Shown here one piece after another: positions 1 to 9,414 of a stretch of 64,000 bases of DNA. The DNA comes from a virus (Duplodnaviria > Heunggongvirae > Uroviricota > Caudoviricetes): IMG/VR virus record IMGVR_UViG_3300031712_000052, positions 30,666 through 94,665 of that record. One strand, written 5' to 3'. The notes beneath the pieces were generated by a model. That model was not told where the DNA came from. It searched no databases and saw nothing but the letters and a program-made list of their open reading frames with translations. Numbering within the stretch: position 1 is the first letter of the stretch; each line of letters starts with the position of its first letter. The translations under genes were made by a program, and so were the position numbers.

Positions 1-222
1 TTGGGAAGACATCGCAGTATCTGTCATCAACGTCGCTGCTGTTCGTAAGCTGGAGCTCTACTCCGCTGATGCAACGGTCAATAATGCTGACAGCTTGCTG
101 TCGAATCTGATCCCGAAAGCAGAAGAAGACCTGGGTGCTGAGAACAACAGGGTCGACGAGGGACTCGTGTTCCCACAGCTGGAGATCTTCTAACTCCTGC
201 GTAGGGCCTTCGTAGTTCGGTC

Positions 223-259
223 CAACGGGGGCTTGGCTTTCATGGGCCAGCCCCCGTTG
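223..259 (+). terminator. GC-rich hairpin (CAACGGGGGCTTGGC / GCCAGCCCCCGTTG) followed by a T-rich tract. It sits after the end of an upstream ORF that stops at about 192.
   Basis: Near-perfect 14-15 bp inverted repeat read directly, followed by TCTTATCT. Confidence 0.55.
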
Positions 260-284
260 TCTTATCTAACCTATTTAGATCAAT

Positions 285-317
285 TTGACACAACGCAATT
301 AGACGCAGTCTAATTGC
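285..317 (+). promoter_or_regulatory. Sigma70-like promoter TTGACA-N18-TCTAAT with an embedded perfect palindrome, GCAATTAGAC-GCA-GTCTAATTGC. This is a candidate operator site.
   Basis: The -35 box is at 285-290 and the -10 box at 309-314. The palindrome at 295-317 overlaps the spacer and -10 box. A GGAGAG RBS and the ATG at 348 follow. A near-identical copy lies at 33522-33554. Confidence 0.6.
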
Positions 318-347
318 ACCGCATCACAGATTTAGGAGAGAGATCAA

Positions 348-1082
348 ATGGCTGAAGAGAAGATGTTTACGATTCACAACATGTGCCGTGCCCAGAGCTC
401 CAGGGCTCAGAGGGCAGTGTCAGTTACTTCCCACAAGGCGTCACTGTGGGTAGATGGTAGAAAGGTTTTGCCGAAGAGACCTATCAAGATCTCTGTAGAG
501 ACTTTCAGTAAACTAGAGTCTGAGATCTTAAAGAAGCTGCGTGAAGGTCGCCTTGCCATCACTACGCCGGAACAGTACTACATAGACTCGAGACCGGATG
601 GTAGAATTTACGTAGTTCGTCCAGGCCATCAGATCGTAGAGGAGAAGGCAATAACCGAGGATTCTTTAAGGCTCCTGTTCGAGAAGCCTGCAGCTCCTGA
701 TTGGCATGACTTGCCTGTTCCCTTGAAGGATTGGGTAGGGCCTGGCCCAACTGATGATGCTCCTCTGGGAACTGATCAAGGTGCACCTCTGGGTGAGGCT
801 GCGGGTCCTGAAGGTCCAGTAGGCATGACTGGAACTGACTGTGGTGAGCAATCTCTAGGCCCACAAGGTCTTCCTGGTGTTGTTCCAATCGCAGATGAAG
901 TACCTCCTGTAGTTGATGGTGTGACGGTAGAGGTGAAGCCGGAAGAGTCGGCCCCAACTGCTGCCGCTTCTGAAGAAGTGACTGCAGAACTTCCAGACCC
1001 AAACACAGTACTGACTCTCGATACTCCTACCTCGACGCCGGTAGAAGAGCAATCAGTGAAGAGTAAGAAGCGGCGTCGTTAG
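348..1082 (+). CDS. Hypothetical protein. It has a low-complexity Pro/Gly/Glu-rich C-terminal half with short Gly-X-Y runs and a KKRRR tail.
   Basis: First ORF downstream of the promoter/operator. It starts with ATG. Antisense ORFs inside it are composition artefacts. Confidence 0.6.
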   Translation: MAEEKMFTIHNMCRAQSSRAQRAVSVTSHKASLWVDGRKVLPKRPIKISVETFSKLESEILKKLREGRLAITTPEQYYIDSRPDGRIYVVRPGHQIVEEKAITEDSLRLLFEKPAAPDWHDLPVPLKDWVGPGPTDDAPLGTDQGAPLGEAAGPEGPVGMTGTDCGEQSLGPQGLPGVVPIADEVPPVVDGVTVEVKPEESAPTAAASEEVTAELPDPNTVLTLDTPTSTPVEEQSVKSKKRRR

Positions 1083-1091
1083 GAGGATCTA

Positions 1092-1364
1092 GTGAAAGTC
1101 TTCAACAATACCGATAGAGCCCTTCCAGTAGACAGATGGACCATCTTCCCTAAGTCTACTAGGTGCGTGAATAATCAAGGTAAGGTCTTAGAGGAGCTTC
1201 CAGACGGTGTAGGGTATGGTTCAGTCATCAGGAGACTAGAAGCACAGGGAGTAGTTGTGCTTCCTAGCTTCGGCAAGGCGAAAAATGCTACACCTAGCAA
1301 GGAATCGGCAAGGGTTGCGCCATCAGCGTCTCCCACGTCTAGACGTGGGAAAGCCAAAAACTGA
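1092..1364 (+). CDS. Hypothetical small basic protein with a GTG start.
   Basis: An AGGAGGA RBS lies 6 nt upstream of GTG 1092. Confidence 0.4.
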   Translation: MKVFNNTDRALPVDRWTIFPKSTRCVNNQGKVLEELPDGVGYGSVIRRLEAQGVVVLPSFGKAKNATPSKESARVAPSASPTSRRGKAKN

Positions 1365-1409
1365 AGAGCCAAAGAAGACACCCAAGAAACGGAAGAAAGG
1401 TAAATCCTG

Positions 1410-1925
1410 ATGGCTCAGGAACTACAAGGTCTGGATGGAGTTGCCGGGGTAAGCCCCATCTTCAATGCCTTCATCCAGACTGTACGCTTCTTCATGAGGG
1501 ACCACCCTCAGTTGAATCGTTTGATCAAAGGTCAAGAGCACTCAGACCGTATGATTGCTTGGGCCATCATGGACTTCCTGTCTGACTTCGCTGGTACCCC
1601 GCCAGACCTGGGGTACCACTCTCTTGAAGAGCTATTCCGTATGCACTTTCAGTCCTTCGCTCTCCGTGGAACTGCTGTAGCACTCATGCAGTCTGTAGGT
1701 ATCCTACAGACCAGAAACTTCTTGCAGTTCTCTGATGGCGGAATAAGTGTGGCGGTAAGTGACAAAGCTCCAATGTGGATGCAATGGATCAGAGACTTCC
1801 AGACTAAGTACGAACAAGAGAAGATACAACGTAAAGTCGCCATGAACATCAAACAGGTCATGGGCGTCTTCTCTGGTGTCCATACCGAGTACTTCTTTGT
1901 GAACGGATGGTACGGGGTGTATTGA
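1410..1925 (+). CDS. Hypothetical protein.
   Basis: 171-aa ORF with protein-like composition. Confidence 0.5.
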   Translation: MAQELQGLDGVAGVSPIFNAFIQTVRFFMRDHPQLNRLIKGQEHSDRMIAWAIMDFLSDFAGTPPDLGYHSLEELFRMHFQSFALRGTAVALMQSVGILQTRNFLQFSDGGISVAVSDKAPMWMQWIRDFQTKYEQEKIQRKVAMNIKQVMGVFSGVHTEYFFVNGWYGVY

Positions 1926-1969
1926 CAGTGTATGGCGTACACCTGCTTTGAAATAGGAGACAGAACAAC

Positions 1970-2779
1970 ATGTACACTTACCACACATTCAGCAGCCCAG
2001 CTGAGTTGATCGATTTTTTGAATGGGGCTATTGTAGGACTCCCTCTTCCGTCGCTTGTATTTGGTCTACATGGCTTGACCCTTGTTGTGAATGATGGTTT
2101 GGCAGACAGGACAGTTACGTTCTCGGACCCCTCAGGTTTTGGTCTGTCTCCATTCGTTATATTGACTCAGGTTCAAGTAGTGCATGCCAACTTGGCCAAT
2201 GTGAAGTTGCGGAGTTATGGTCTATCTCCACAGAACTGGCAGCTAGTGTTAGATGCACAGGGGTATGCAGTCAAGGCCGGGACGGCAAATGTGGTTTTGG
2301 GATGGCCTGCTGGTGCTACTACGGTCAATCAGATCAGCAGTACTGACATCATACATGTAACTACATCTATAGCTAGCGGACCAAAGTACGCAGTCATAAT
2401 CAACTCAGATCAAGTGACGGCAGAAGAGATAGTAGCCGCATTCCCAGTAGGTTGGGATATGCATACTGCTGGCAGGACACCTTGGTACCGCGTAAGTCAC
2501 AAGAATATATCAATACAGATCAAATGGCCTGGCACTGGTAGTCCTTCTGGTGCTTTTGCTGTAGAAGTGACTGACAACCCCACAGATGTTACAGGCGATG
2601 CCATTCCGGGTGAGTACTTTGACGGAATAGATGATGCTCAACCTGCTGGCAGTGCAGGTGAGATCTTTGTGGATGATATAGAAACGGATGCTCTGTACAT
2701 CGCTGGTACATATACTCCAGCGCCGGGTGGTAGCGGAGTTGGGGCAGTTCCAACTATGTTATTTGTGTTCAAGGAGTAA
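1970..2779 (+). CDS. Hypothetical protein, possibly a virion component.
   Basis: 269-aa ORF with a GGAGA RBS upstream. It is beta-rich and Thr/Gly-rich. Confidence 0.5.
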   Translation: MYTYHTFSSPAELIDFLNGAIVGLPLPSLVFGLHGLTLVVNDGLADRTVTFSDPSGFGLSPFVILTQVQVVHANLANVKLRSYGLSPQNWQLVLDAQGYAVKAGTANVVLGWPAGATTVNQISSTDIIHVTTSIASGPKYAVIINSDQVTAEEIVAAFPVGWDMHTAGRTPWYRVSHKNISIQIKWPGTGSPSGAFAVEVTDNPTDVTGDAIPGEYFDGIDDAQPAGSAGEIFVDDIETDALYIAGTYTPAPGGSGVGAVPTMLFVFKE

Positions 2780-2783
2780 AGCT

Positions 2784-3383
2784 ATGGCCTATGTAACAGA
2801 GGGACATTCAGGATCAAGTGGACCCGCAGGACCATCAGGGCCATCTGGACCAGCAGGAGCACAAGGGCCATCAGGAGTACAGGGACCGTCAGGAGTGTCT
2901 GGACCTTCGGGACCGTCTGTATCAGGACCGTCAGGACCAGCAGGAGCACAAGGACCGTCAGGAGTGTCTGGACCTTCGGGACCGTCTGTATCAGGACCGT
3001 CAGGACCAGCAGGAGCACAAGGACCGTCAGGACCAGCAGGAGCATCCTCAACTGAGGCATTGGTACAGGGGCCCAATTTGGGGAATGCCGATGTAACATT
3101 TCATCCCGGTATAGACTGTGCCAGTCTATACGAGATACCTGCTGGCACTATGACGGGACCTCACAATTACAAAGCAGGTAATGATGGTACTATACCAAAC
3201 AACTTAGATGTATTTATCGTGTGTCGCGATCTGAGTACGAATGTCCCTACCATACTAAATGGTGGGGAAGGACTAGGGGTGTTATCAGCTTTTCCGGGCA
3301 CTAGACCAAGTCCTATGGGTATGTGGATACACTGGGATGGGACCAATTGGTACTGTGATAGTATTGTATGGATTAAGCCATGA
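2784..3383 (+). CDS. Collagen-like repeat protein. It has Gly-Pro-Ser/Gly-Pro-Ala triplets and a C-terminal globular domain, and is tail-fibre or decoration-like.
   Basis: AAGGAG RBS, then ATG 2784. About 30 uninterrupted G-X-Y triplets. Two tandem 69-bp DNA repeat units span 2886-3023, and partial upstream copies extend the motif toward about 2835. Confidence 0.7.
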   Translation: MAYVTEGHSGSSGPAGPSGPSGPAGAQGPSGVQGPSGVSGPSGPSVSGPSGPAGAQGPSGVSGPSGPSVSGPSGPAGAQGPSGPAGASSTEALVQGPNLGNADVTFHPGIDCASLYEIPAGTMTGPHNYKAGNDGTIPNNLDVFIVCRDLSTNVPTILNGGEGLGVLSAFPGTRPSPMGMWIHWDGTNWYCDSIVWIKP

Positions 3384-4141
3384 TGCCCTTTCCAGGAGGC
3401 AAGCGGTTCACTACAATACCTGGACTAGTCTTGGACATCAATGCCGATGTCGGCGTGAGCCAGTCGGGAGGCTTCATAACGGGGGTAGCAGACCAAAGCT
3501 CGATGGGAAACAACGTGGTGCCTTTTGTCAATGGGGGCCACCAGGCCCCAATCTTGACACCAAATGCACTGAACGGCAGGGATGCAATAGTCTTCTCGGG
3601 AGGTGCGAGCCTGGGAAACACAGGCTCAACTACTATCTCCTGCCTCGGCCCCCTGCACCTGTTTGCTGTGGTGAAGGCGATGGCAGCCTCAGGAGATATA
3701 TGGGCAAATGGAGGAGTACTATTCTTTGCTCCATACGCTACAGCGAGTGTCTACGGATTTGGGCTGCAGTGGGGGTACTCGGGAACCTACACAAACAACT
3801 ATGGATACAACCAACAATCCGGAGGCAACTCTGATTGGTTCCAGCATGACCAAACGTACACTCTTCCCCATGTGGTGGAAGTGCATATTCCGTATGGAGT
3901 AAACGAAAAGCCGCTTGTCAAGGTTGACGGCACACTTCAACCATTCACTGCTAACATAGCCAGCAATTCCTCTACCGGCAGCGGATTCACGATAGGTGGT
4001 TACGGACTGGGACTTTCTACTGGATGGGATTACACGGGGGCCCTGCGGAGATTTATGGCTTATAACAGGGAACTTTCCGACTACGAGGCAAGTGCTGTCA
4101 GACATATGCTAGGACTCCGGAATGGAATCTCAGTGGCATAG
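3380..4141 (+). CDS. Hypothetical Gly/Asn/Thr-rich protein, beta-structure-like and possibly a fibre or receptor-binding component.
   Basis: Its ATGA overlaps the upstream stop. It is 253 aa. Confidence 0.5.
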   Translation: MMPFPGGKRFTTIPGLVLDINADVGVSQSGGFITGVADQSSMGNNVVPFVNGGHQAPILTPNALNGRDAIVFSGGASLGNTGSTTISCLGPLHLFAVVKAMAASGDIWANGGVLFFAPYATASVYGFGLQWGYSGTYTNNYGYNQQSGGNSDWFQHDQTYTLPHVVEVHIPYGVNEKPLVKVDGTLQPFTANIASNSSTGSGFTIGGYGLGLSTGWDYTGALRRFMAYNRELSDYEASAVRHMLGLRNGISVA

Positions 4142-4211
4142 ATTGTAGGTGCACACGTGATGTATCCACGTACTGAACGTCCGTGTTAATATCTATTTCT
4201 AAGGAGCTCCA

Positions 4212-6110
4212 ATGAGCGAAGAAACTCTATACAACCTGTTGGCCCCATCCCAGAGCATCCCTTGGGATAAGGCTGCCGAGCACTTCATGATCATGAAGCT
4301 GGCTTCTGGTGGTCTACTGACCGAAGAGGTGGACTTGTTGAAGGTGGCTGCTGATATGTCTGTCAGCCAGGAAGACTTCGACAAGGCCATGCAGGCTGGA
4401 ACTCTTTCCGGCATTCGAAATACTGCTGCTCAAGATATTGCTCAGCATGCAAAGCAGAGGCGTTCACGTGGTGAACGGATCGGAAAGGGAGTAGGCACTG
4501 CTGCTGGTATCGGTGCTGGTCTTCTTGCTTCCCGTGGTGGGCACAGCATAGGTGAGAAGGCGTTCAGGACAGCTGTGGGTGCTGCTCTAGGGAATGTGGC
4601 GGGGAAGACAGTGGGTCAGGAGATTGATACACACAGGTCTGCCAAGCACGGAGAGATCGAAAAGGGTGGTTCAGTAAAAGAGGCTGCCAATGTGGCTGCT
4701 CTAGGCCAGAAGCTTATGGGTATCGGTTCACGTATCGGAACTGGCGCTATGGAACTGGCTGCTAAACATCCCAAGATGGTTGCACCAGCTATCGGTGCTG
4801 GTGTGGGTGCTCTCGCAGGAGGTGCTGGTGCTCAACCGGGAAATAGAATCGGTGGAGCCCTTACAGGAGCTGCAGTAGGTGGTGGGGCAATGGCAATTGG
4901 TCAGTCTCTACGTAACTCTGGCGCTCTCAAGGGTCTGATGACCCCCAAGGTAGCAGCAGCTGTAGCTAAGATCAAACTGGCGTGGAGCCTTCGTAACTTC
5001 TTCCGTGCTGCTCAGGGCGCGATGCCACCAGAAGACATTGGTGATGCAGCGGCATCAGGTGCTATGCAGGAAGGGCCCACTGGAGCACTCAATGAGGTCA
5101 TAGGTCAGGCTGGAGGTATGGCTGGACATGCACTAGGTGAACGCATCCATATGCCCGGTATAGGAGCTATGGTCGGTAACCTTGGTGCCAAAGCAGGTGC
5201 TGAACAGCTTACAGAGCCTAAGATTGCTGCAGCCAAAGATGTGATGAAGTCCGCTATCAAGCGCCTGCATGCTATGCACAAGAAGGCGGAGCAGGGTAGA
5301 GATGGTCTGTCTACTAACGATGATGATGTGGACGCCGGCCAAGGGGAAAGGTCTGCTAATCCATTCCCAGCAGAAGCTCGTGATGGGAATGATGCTGCTC
5401 CAGAAACCGACCCAGTAGTACAGGTGCCCCAAGACTTGAAGCCCAGCCCCATGGATGAGGTTATGGAATTGATCCAGAGAGGAAATGAGGCTGACTTCCA
5501 TCAGACTCGCGCTGATGAGGCTACTCGAGCCCTTGATGCTGCTGAAGAACGGGCTTCTATGCTTGAGGGTCAGCTACAACAGCTTATTCAAGAGCTGGAT
5601 GCCGCAAAGTCGGAAGGTATGGGGCAGGCTCAGATGTCTGGTGAACAAGCTGCCTCCTCAGCTCAAGAAGCTATGATGGCGAGAAATGAGTCACTTGCTG
5701 CTCAGCAACAAGCTCTTGCTCTTCGCCAGGCCATCACATCCTATCGACAAGGTTTGATGGATATGTTGGCCCAAGACCCTACGGCTGCTGTTGGACCACC
5801 TCCAGTTCCGGTGGCTCCTCTCCCTGGCCAAGACCCCAACGCGGGCGCAGCAGGCCCCCCAGGAGCAGCCCAACCAGGTGGGATGGCTCCTACTACAGAA
5901 GCACAGGCTGCACCACCTCCTGAAGCGGCTGGAAGCCCTTCAGGAGGCCCGTCAGCGGCTCCTGATGCAGGAGCCGGAGCCGGAGGACCACCAGCACCAG
6001 GGGGTGCTGCAGGTGGAGGCAGTGGGGGCCCTGTGAATATTCATATTCAGCAGCCCAAGGCATCAGCGCCAAAGGCAGCTAAGCCACCGTCTGCCGGTAG
6101 CAAGGAGTAG
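4212..6110 (+). CDS. Large Gly/Ala-rich protein with small-residue GxxxG-type repeats, a central coiled coil and a Pro/Ala/Gly-rich C-terminus. It may be an internal virion or ejection protein, or tape-measure-like.
   Basis: 632-aa ORF preceded by an AAGGAG RBS. Its composition was read from the translation. Confidence 0.55.
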   Translation: MSEETLYNLLAPSQSIPWDKAAEHFMIMKLASGGLLTEEVDLLKVAADMSVSQEDFDKAMQAGTLSGIRNTAAQDIAQHAKQRRSRGERIGKGVGTAAGIGAGLLASRGGHSIGEKAFRTAVGAALGNVAGKTVGQEIDTHRSAKHGEIEKGGSVKEAANVAALGQKLMGIGSRIGTGAMELAAKHPKMVAPAIGAGVGALAGGAGAQPGNRIGGALTGAAVGGGAMAIGQSLRNSGALKGLMTPKVAAAVAKIKLAWSLRNFFRAAQGAMPPEDIGDAAASGAMQEGPTGALNEVIGQAGGMAGHALGERIHMPGIGAMVGNLGAKAGAEQLTEPKIAAAKDVMKSAIKRLHAMHKKAEQGRDGLSTNDDDVDAGQGERSANPFPAEARDGNDAAPETDPVVQVPQDLKPSPMDEVMELIQRGNEADFHQTRADEATRALDAAEERASMLEGQLQQLIQELDAAKSEGMGQAQMSGEQAASSAQEAMMARNESLAAQQQALALRQAITSYRQGLMDMLAQDPTAAVGPPPVPVAPLPGQDPNAGAAGPPGAAQPGGMAPTTEAQAAPPPEAAGSPSGGPSAAPDAGAGAGGPPAPGGAAGGGSGGPVNIHIQQPKASAPKAAKPPSAGSKE

Positions 6111-6115
6111 ATTCC

Positions 6116-7360
6116 TTGACTGCCGGGCAGATCAAAGCCGCAGCATTCGTGGATGAGTTAAGCAAAGAGTCAGCCTCTTTGCTATCTCGCATTGGGCAAT
6201 GGACTGGCCGCAATCCTAAATCTACTGGCGCTGCTATTACAGGTGGTCTTGGCGCTTATGGCTTTGCTAAGCATGGCCCGTGGGGAGCAGGTGGAAGATC
6301 TAAAGGAGAGGCAAAGGCGTATCAGTCTGTTCAGAAGTTAGAGGACCAAGATCAACAGGACCCACAAGTTCAAGAAGAGTTGAGAAGGGCTTTAACTAAT
6401 CAGAGAAAAGCTGCTCGTGGAGCAGAAGGAGCTGGAGGTTGGTTAGGTGCAGCTGGTCTTGGAGGTGCTGCAATACATGCCAGTCGTAGGTTGTTTGATA
6501 GTCCTATGATCAAGGACGATATGGGTACAGTTACAACTTATGGGGATCTTAAAGCGCTGCACTCAGATCTAACGAACCAACTGGGTTATGATATACCCGT
6601 TTCTGCTTTGCCGGAAGGGCAGTTTGAGGATGCTCTGAGTATTCCGAAGGGCGGTTTCCTACCCAAGTTCCTGAGGAAGTGGGAAGCAGGAAAACACGTG
6701 CCTGCATTCGCTGCACGCAATATGAGTGATCTCAAATGGCACTTAGATCAGTTGAAAGTTGAAGACCCAGAGCTGTACGAAGAATTCATGCATAATAACC
6801 CCATCGATATCGGTGCGTCTAACTTGGCTGCGTCTAAGAAGGATGCTCTACAAGCTCTGGAAACTGGGCATGTTATGGCTCCCATGAAAGCTGGCCCGCA
6901 CTTTACTGCTCACGAGTTTGGTCATGCGATGTTTGGCAATTCCACTCTTGGTAAGCTGACCCATATGGCACGTACGCCAACCGCCTATGCGGGCGGCCTT
7001 GCTGCTTTGACTGCTGCTACTGCGACAGACCCCGATAGTACTGCCTCCAAGCTCTCTCCACTGATGGCTGCTGCTGGTGTAGCACCCATTTTGGGAGAAG
7101 AAGCTATGGCCTCGATCAACGCTATCAAAGCCATGAAACGTACTGGCTTTTCTCCTCAGCAGCTGAGTATGGGTAAAAAGCAATTGGGCAGAGCTTTTGG
7201 TACTTATGCTCTAGGACTGGGTTTGCCATCCATAGCTGCTCCGTACATCATTAGGAAGGTTAAGCAGTACAACCAAGGCCGACGGGAAAGACAGGGAATA
7301 GAAAGCCCCGGTCAGCTACAACAAAGAATCAACAGCCTACCACAAGCTACAGGAGATTGA
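6116..7360 (+). CDS. Hypothetical protein with a TTG start.
   Basis: An AAGGAG RBS lies 7 nt upstream of TTG 6116. It is 414 aa. Confidence 0.45.
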   Translation: MTAGQIKAAAFVDELSKESASLLSRIGQWTGRNPKSTGAAITGGLGAYGFAKHGPWGAGGRSKGEAKAYQSVQKLEDQDQQDPQVQEELRRALTNQRKAARGAEGAGGWLGAAGLGGAAIHASRRLFDSPMIKDDMGTVTTYGDLKALHSDLTNQLGYDIPVSALPEGQFEDALSIPKGGFLPKFLRKWEAGKHVPAFAARNMSDLKWHLDQLKVEDPELYEEFMHNNPIDIGASNLAASKKDALQALETGHVMAPMKAGPHFTAHEFGHAMFGNSTLGKLTHMARTPTAYAGGLAALTAATATDPDSTASKLSPLMAAAGVAPILGEEAMASINAIKAMKRTGFSPQQLSMGKKQLGRAFGTYALGLGLPSIAAPYIIRKVKQYNQGRRERQGIESPGQLQQRINSLPQATGD

Positions 7361-7364
7361 TCAA

Positions 7365-7937
7365 ATGGACTCATTCTTGAGTGACCTATACAGAGAGCGC
7401 ATGGAAAAGAGAGCCGGTGTGGAACTGATGGAGCTTTTTGACTCTATCCCCATAGAGCAGTTGGAACGGTTCCTCGGTCTTACCAAGGTGGCTGTGGAAG
7501 GGCCTACAACACCTGAGTTACCTGATGGCGGGCCGGTGAAGAAGTACTTGGATGTTGCGGAAAAAGCACCAGCCAAGAAGACTACACCTCCAGAACTTCC
7601 TACCGCAGCCTCACCTACAGCAAAGACTGCAGGAGTTGTCAAAGACTTGTTGTCTGCAGCGGCCAATAGGGTACAGAAGAGTGCTACTCCCGCTATTGAT
7701 AAGATGGTTGATCAACAGATAAACAGGAAGATCAAAGACCTCGGTCCCAAAGCCATGCTGGCTGGGGGTGGTCTGTTGGGTGGGGGCATAGCAACGGGTG
7801 GGGTGGGTGGCTATGTAGCAGGGAAGCACTCTGGGGAAAAGAGAGCAGAGCTTTTGATTACAGCTCTTAGAGCAGTCAAGGATGCTCCTGAGTATGTGAA
7901 GCATGCAGCGGCCAAGTATGTGGGGGAGAGACTCTAA
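7365..7937 (+). CDS. Hypothetical protein with a Gly-rich C-terminal segment.
   Basis: 190-aa ORF. Confidence 0.45.
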   Translation: MDSFLSDLYRERMEKRAGVELMELFDSIPIEQLERFLGLTKVAVEGPTTPELPDGGPVKKYLDVAEKAPAKKTTPPELPTAASPTAKTAGVVKDLLSAAANRVQKSATPAIDKMVDQQINRKIKDLGPKAMLAGGGLLGGGIATGGVGGYVAGKHSGEKRAELLITALRAVKDAPEYVKHAAAKYVGERL

Positions 7938-8167
7938 TGATTTCCGTGCCTGCATTCTTCGATGAGCTTGAGAAGATTGCTATACAAGTAGGCACCATAG
8001 AGAAGGGACTAGATGCTACCTTGGGCCACATCAAGCAGCTTAGGGGGTCGCAGGAGGTCAGTGGTAAGCTTTTCGAAAGACGGGTGAGACAGAAGTACAA
8101 GCTTATGGATGCTCTCCATAGTAAGACGAATCCAGGGGCTGGCTTGCATGAGTCTTGGGCACAGTAG
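7937..8167 (+). CDS. Small hypothetical protein. Its N-terminus, MISVPAFFDELEKIA, resembles the N-terminus of the 9076 ORF.
   Basis: 76-aa ORF whose start overlaps the upstream stop. Confidence 0.4.
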   Translation: MISVPAFFDELEKIAIQVGTIEKGLDATLGHIKQLRGSQEVSGKLFERRVRQKYKLMDALHSKTNPGAGLHESWAQ

Positions 8168-9079
8168 ATGGCACAGAACCTCACATTCATGAACACCAAA
8201 GTCCGGAGCTTCTCTTTGGACTTTTTGGAAGTCCTTTGGGAGATCAAGGAGACCGAACTTGATCCTATGGACTTCTTGTTCTATGTCCTTCGCTCTGAAT
8301 CTCCTATGGGCCCGTTCGATGTTATCGCTGGCCCGTTCGATGATCATTATCGATTTGTAGACAACAAGGTCAACCTGCTGCACCGTTGGAGGCAGATATA
8401 CTACAAGATCAGAAGCGTGCAGAAGGTAGATAGCTCCAATGTGGCGGAGTCCGAAGCTTTTACCTTCGCAAATGATCCCGACCTCATCGCTGAAGAGATT
8501 CAAAGACTAGAGCGACTGCTGTGGAATGAATTGGCTGGCACTAAGTGTTACGTCTTCCCTGTGCGTACCTTTGGTAAGAGATGCCAGAATTGCTACGACG
8601 GCCCGGAGAAGGGTAAGGGCTTTACAGGTCAAAGGAGAAGGTCCCACTGCGTGACTTGCTACGATACTAGCTTCGTGCGTGGCTATTACTCACCTATCGA
8701 AATCTATATCCAGATTGATCCATCTGCTGTTTCTGTGCAGAACTTGCCCGTCACAGAACGCGGTCAGAAGGATACCACCGCTAGGATGCCCAACTTCCCC
8801 ATCATGAAGCCCAGGGACATCATAGTGGAGATGACTAACAAACGGTGGAGGGTAGTGAAGGTAACACCGACAGAAAGATTGAGGTCAATCGTACACCAGG
8901 AGTTAGTTCTGCACGAGATTATCAGAGGCGATGTGGAGTACGAGCTTCCCATCAGGATAGATAACCTGAGAGACTTTGAGCCTAGCCCTATTCGAAATTT
9001 CCTGAATCCGCAGGACCTACAGGCATTTGAGACTCAGGCCATCCATGACATCTTTGCTGTCTACGGACCATTCCCATGA
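8168..9079 (+). CDS. Hypothetical protein with a C4 zinc-binding motif, CQNCYDG...CVTCYD.
   Basis: 303-aa ORF. Confidence 0.5.
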   Translation: MAQNLTFMNTKVRSFSLDFLEVLWEIKETELDPMDFLFYVLRSESPMGPFDVIAGPFDDHYRFVDNKVNLLHRWRQIYYKIRSVQKVDSSNVAESEAFTFANDPDLIAEEIQRLERLLWNELAGTKCYVFPVRTFGKRCQNCYDGPEKGKGFTGQRRRSHCVTCYDTSFVRGYYSPIEIYIQIDPSAVSVQNLPVTERGQKDTTARMPNFPIMKPRDIIVEMTNKRWRVVKVTPTERLRSIVHQELVLHEIIRGDVEYELPIRIDNLRDFEPSPIRNFLNPQDLQAFETQAIHDIFAVYGPFP

Positions 9080-9414
9080 TCTATAGCTCATTCTTTGACG
9101 AACTAGCTAAAATTGGAGAAGCCTCAGCCAATCAGGCTCCTAGTGAGGTTCCTGGGGAGGGTCCAGGTGGTCCATTTGTAACTAAGGACAGACTGAAGAG
9201 GTTGGCATATGCCGCTCTAGTGGGAGCTGCTGGTGCTGGTATAGGTACGGCAGCAGGCTATGCAACCAGGGATTACCTGCACAAGCATCACCCAGGTGCT
9301 GTAGCCAAGTATGCTCCAATGGCTCTGCCTTTGTTGGGTGGGGCAGTTGGCATACTTCAAGGTATGCATCGGCCACACGTTGATAAGTACATTCGGTACG
9401 GTAAAGATGAGTAA
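9076..9414 (+). CDS. Small hypothetical protein with an N-terminal MIYSSFFDELAKIG and a Gly/Ala-rich C-terminus.
   Basis: Its ATGA overlaps the upstream gene. Confidence 0.4.
   Translation: MIYSSFFDELAKIGEASANQAPSEVPGEGPGGPFVTKDRLKRLAYAALVGAAGAGIGTAAGYATRDYLHKHHPGAVAKYAPMALPLLGGAVGILQGMHRPHVDKYIRYGKDE

Noticed and set aside
2782-3099. Two minus-strand ORFs and one plus-strand alternative-frame ORF inside the collagen-like gene.
   Set aside because: They are low-complexity artefacts (LVLLLVLTVL..., GPDGP...) produced by the GC-rich Gly-Pro-Ser codon repeat.
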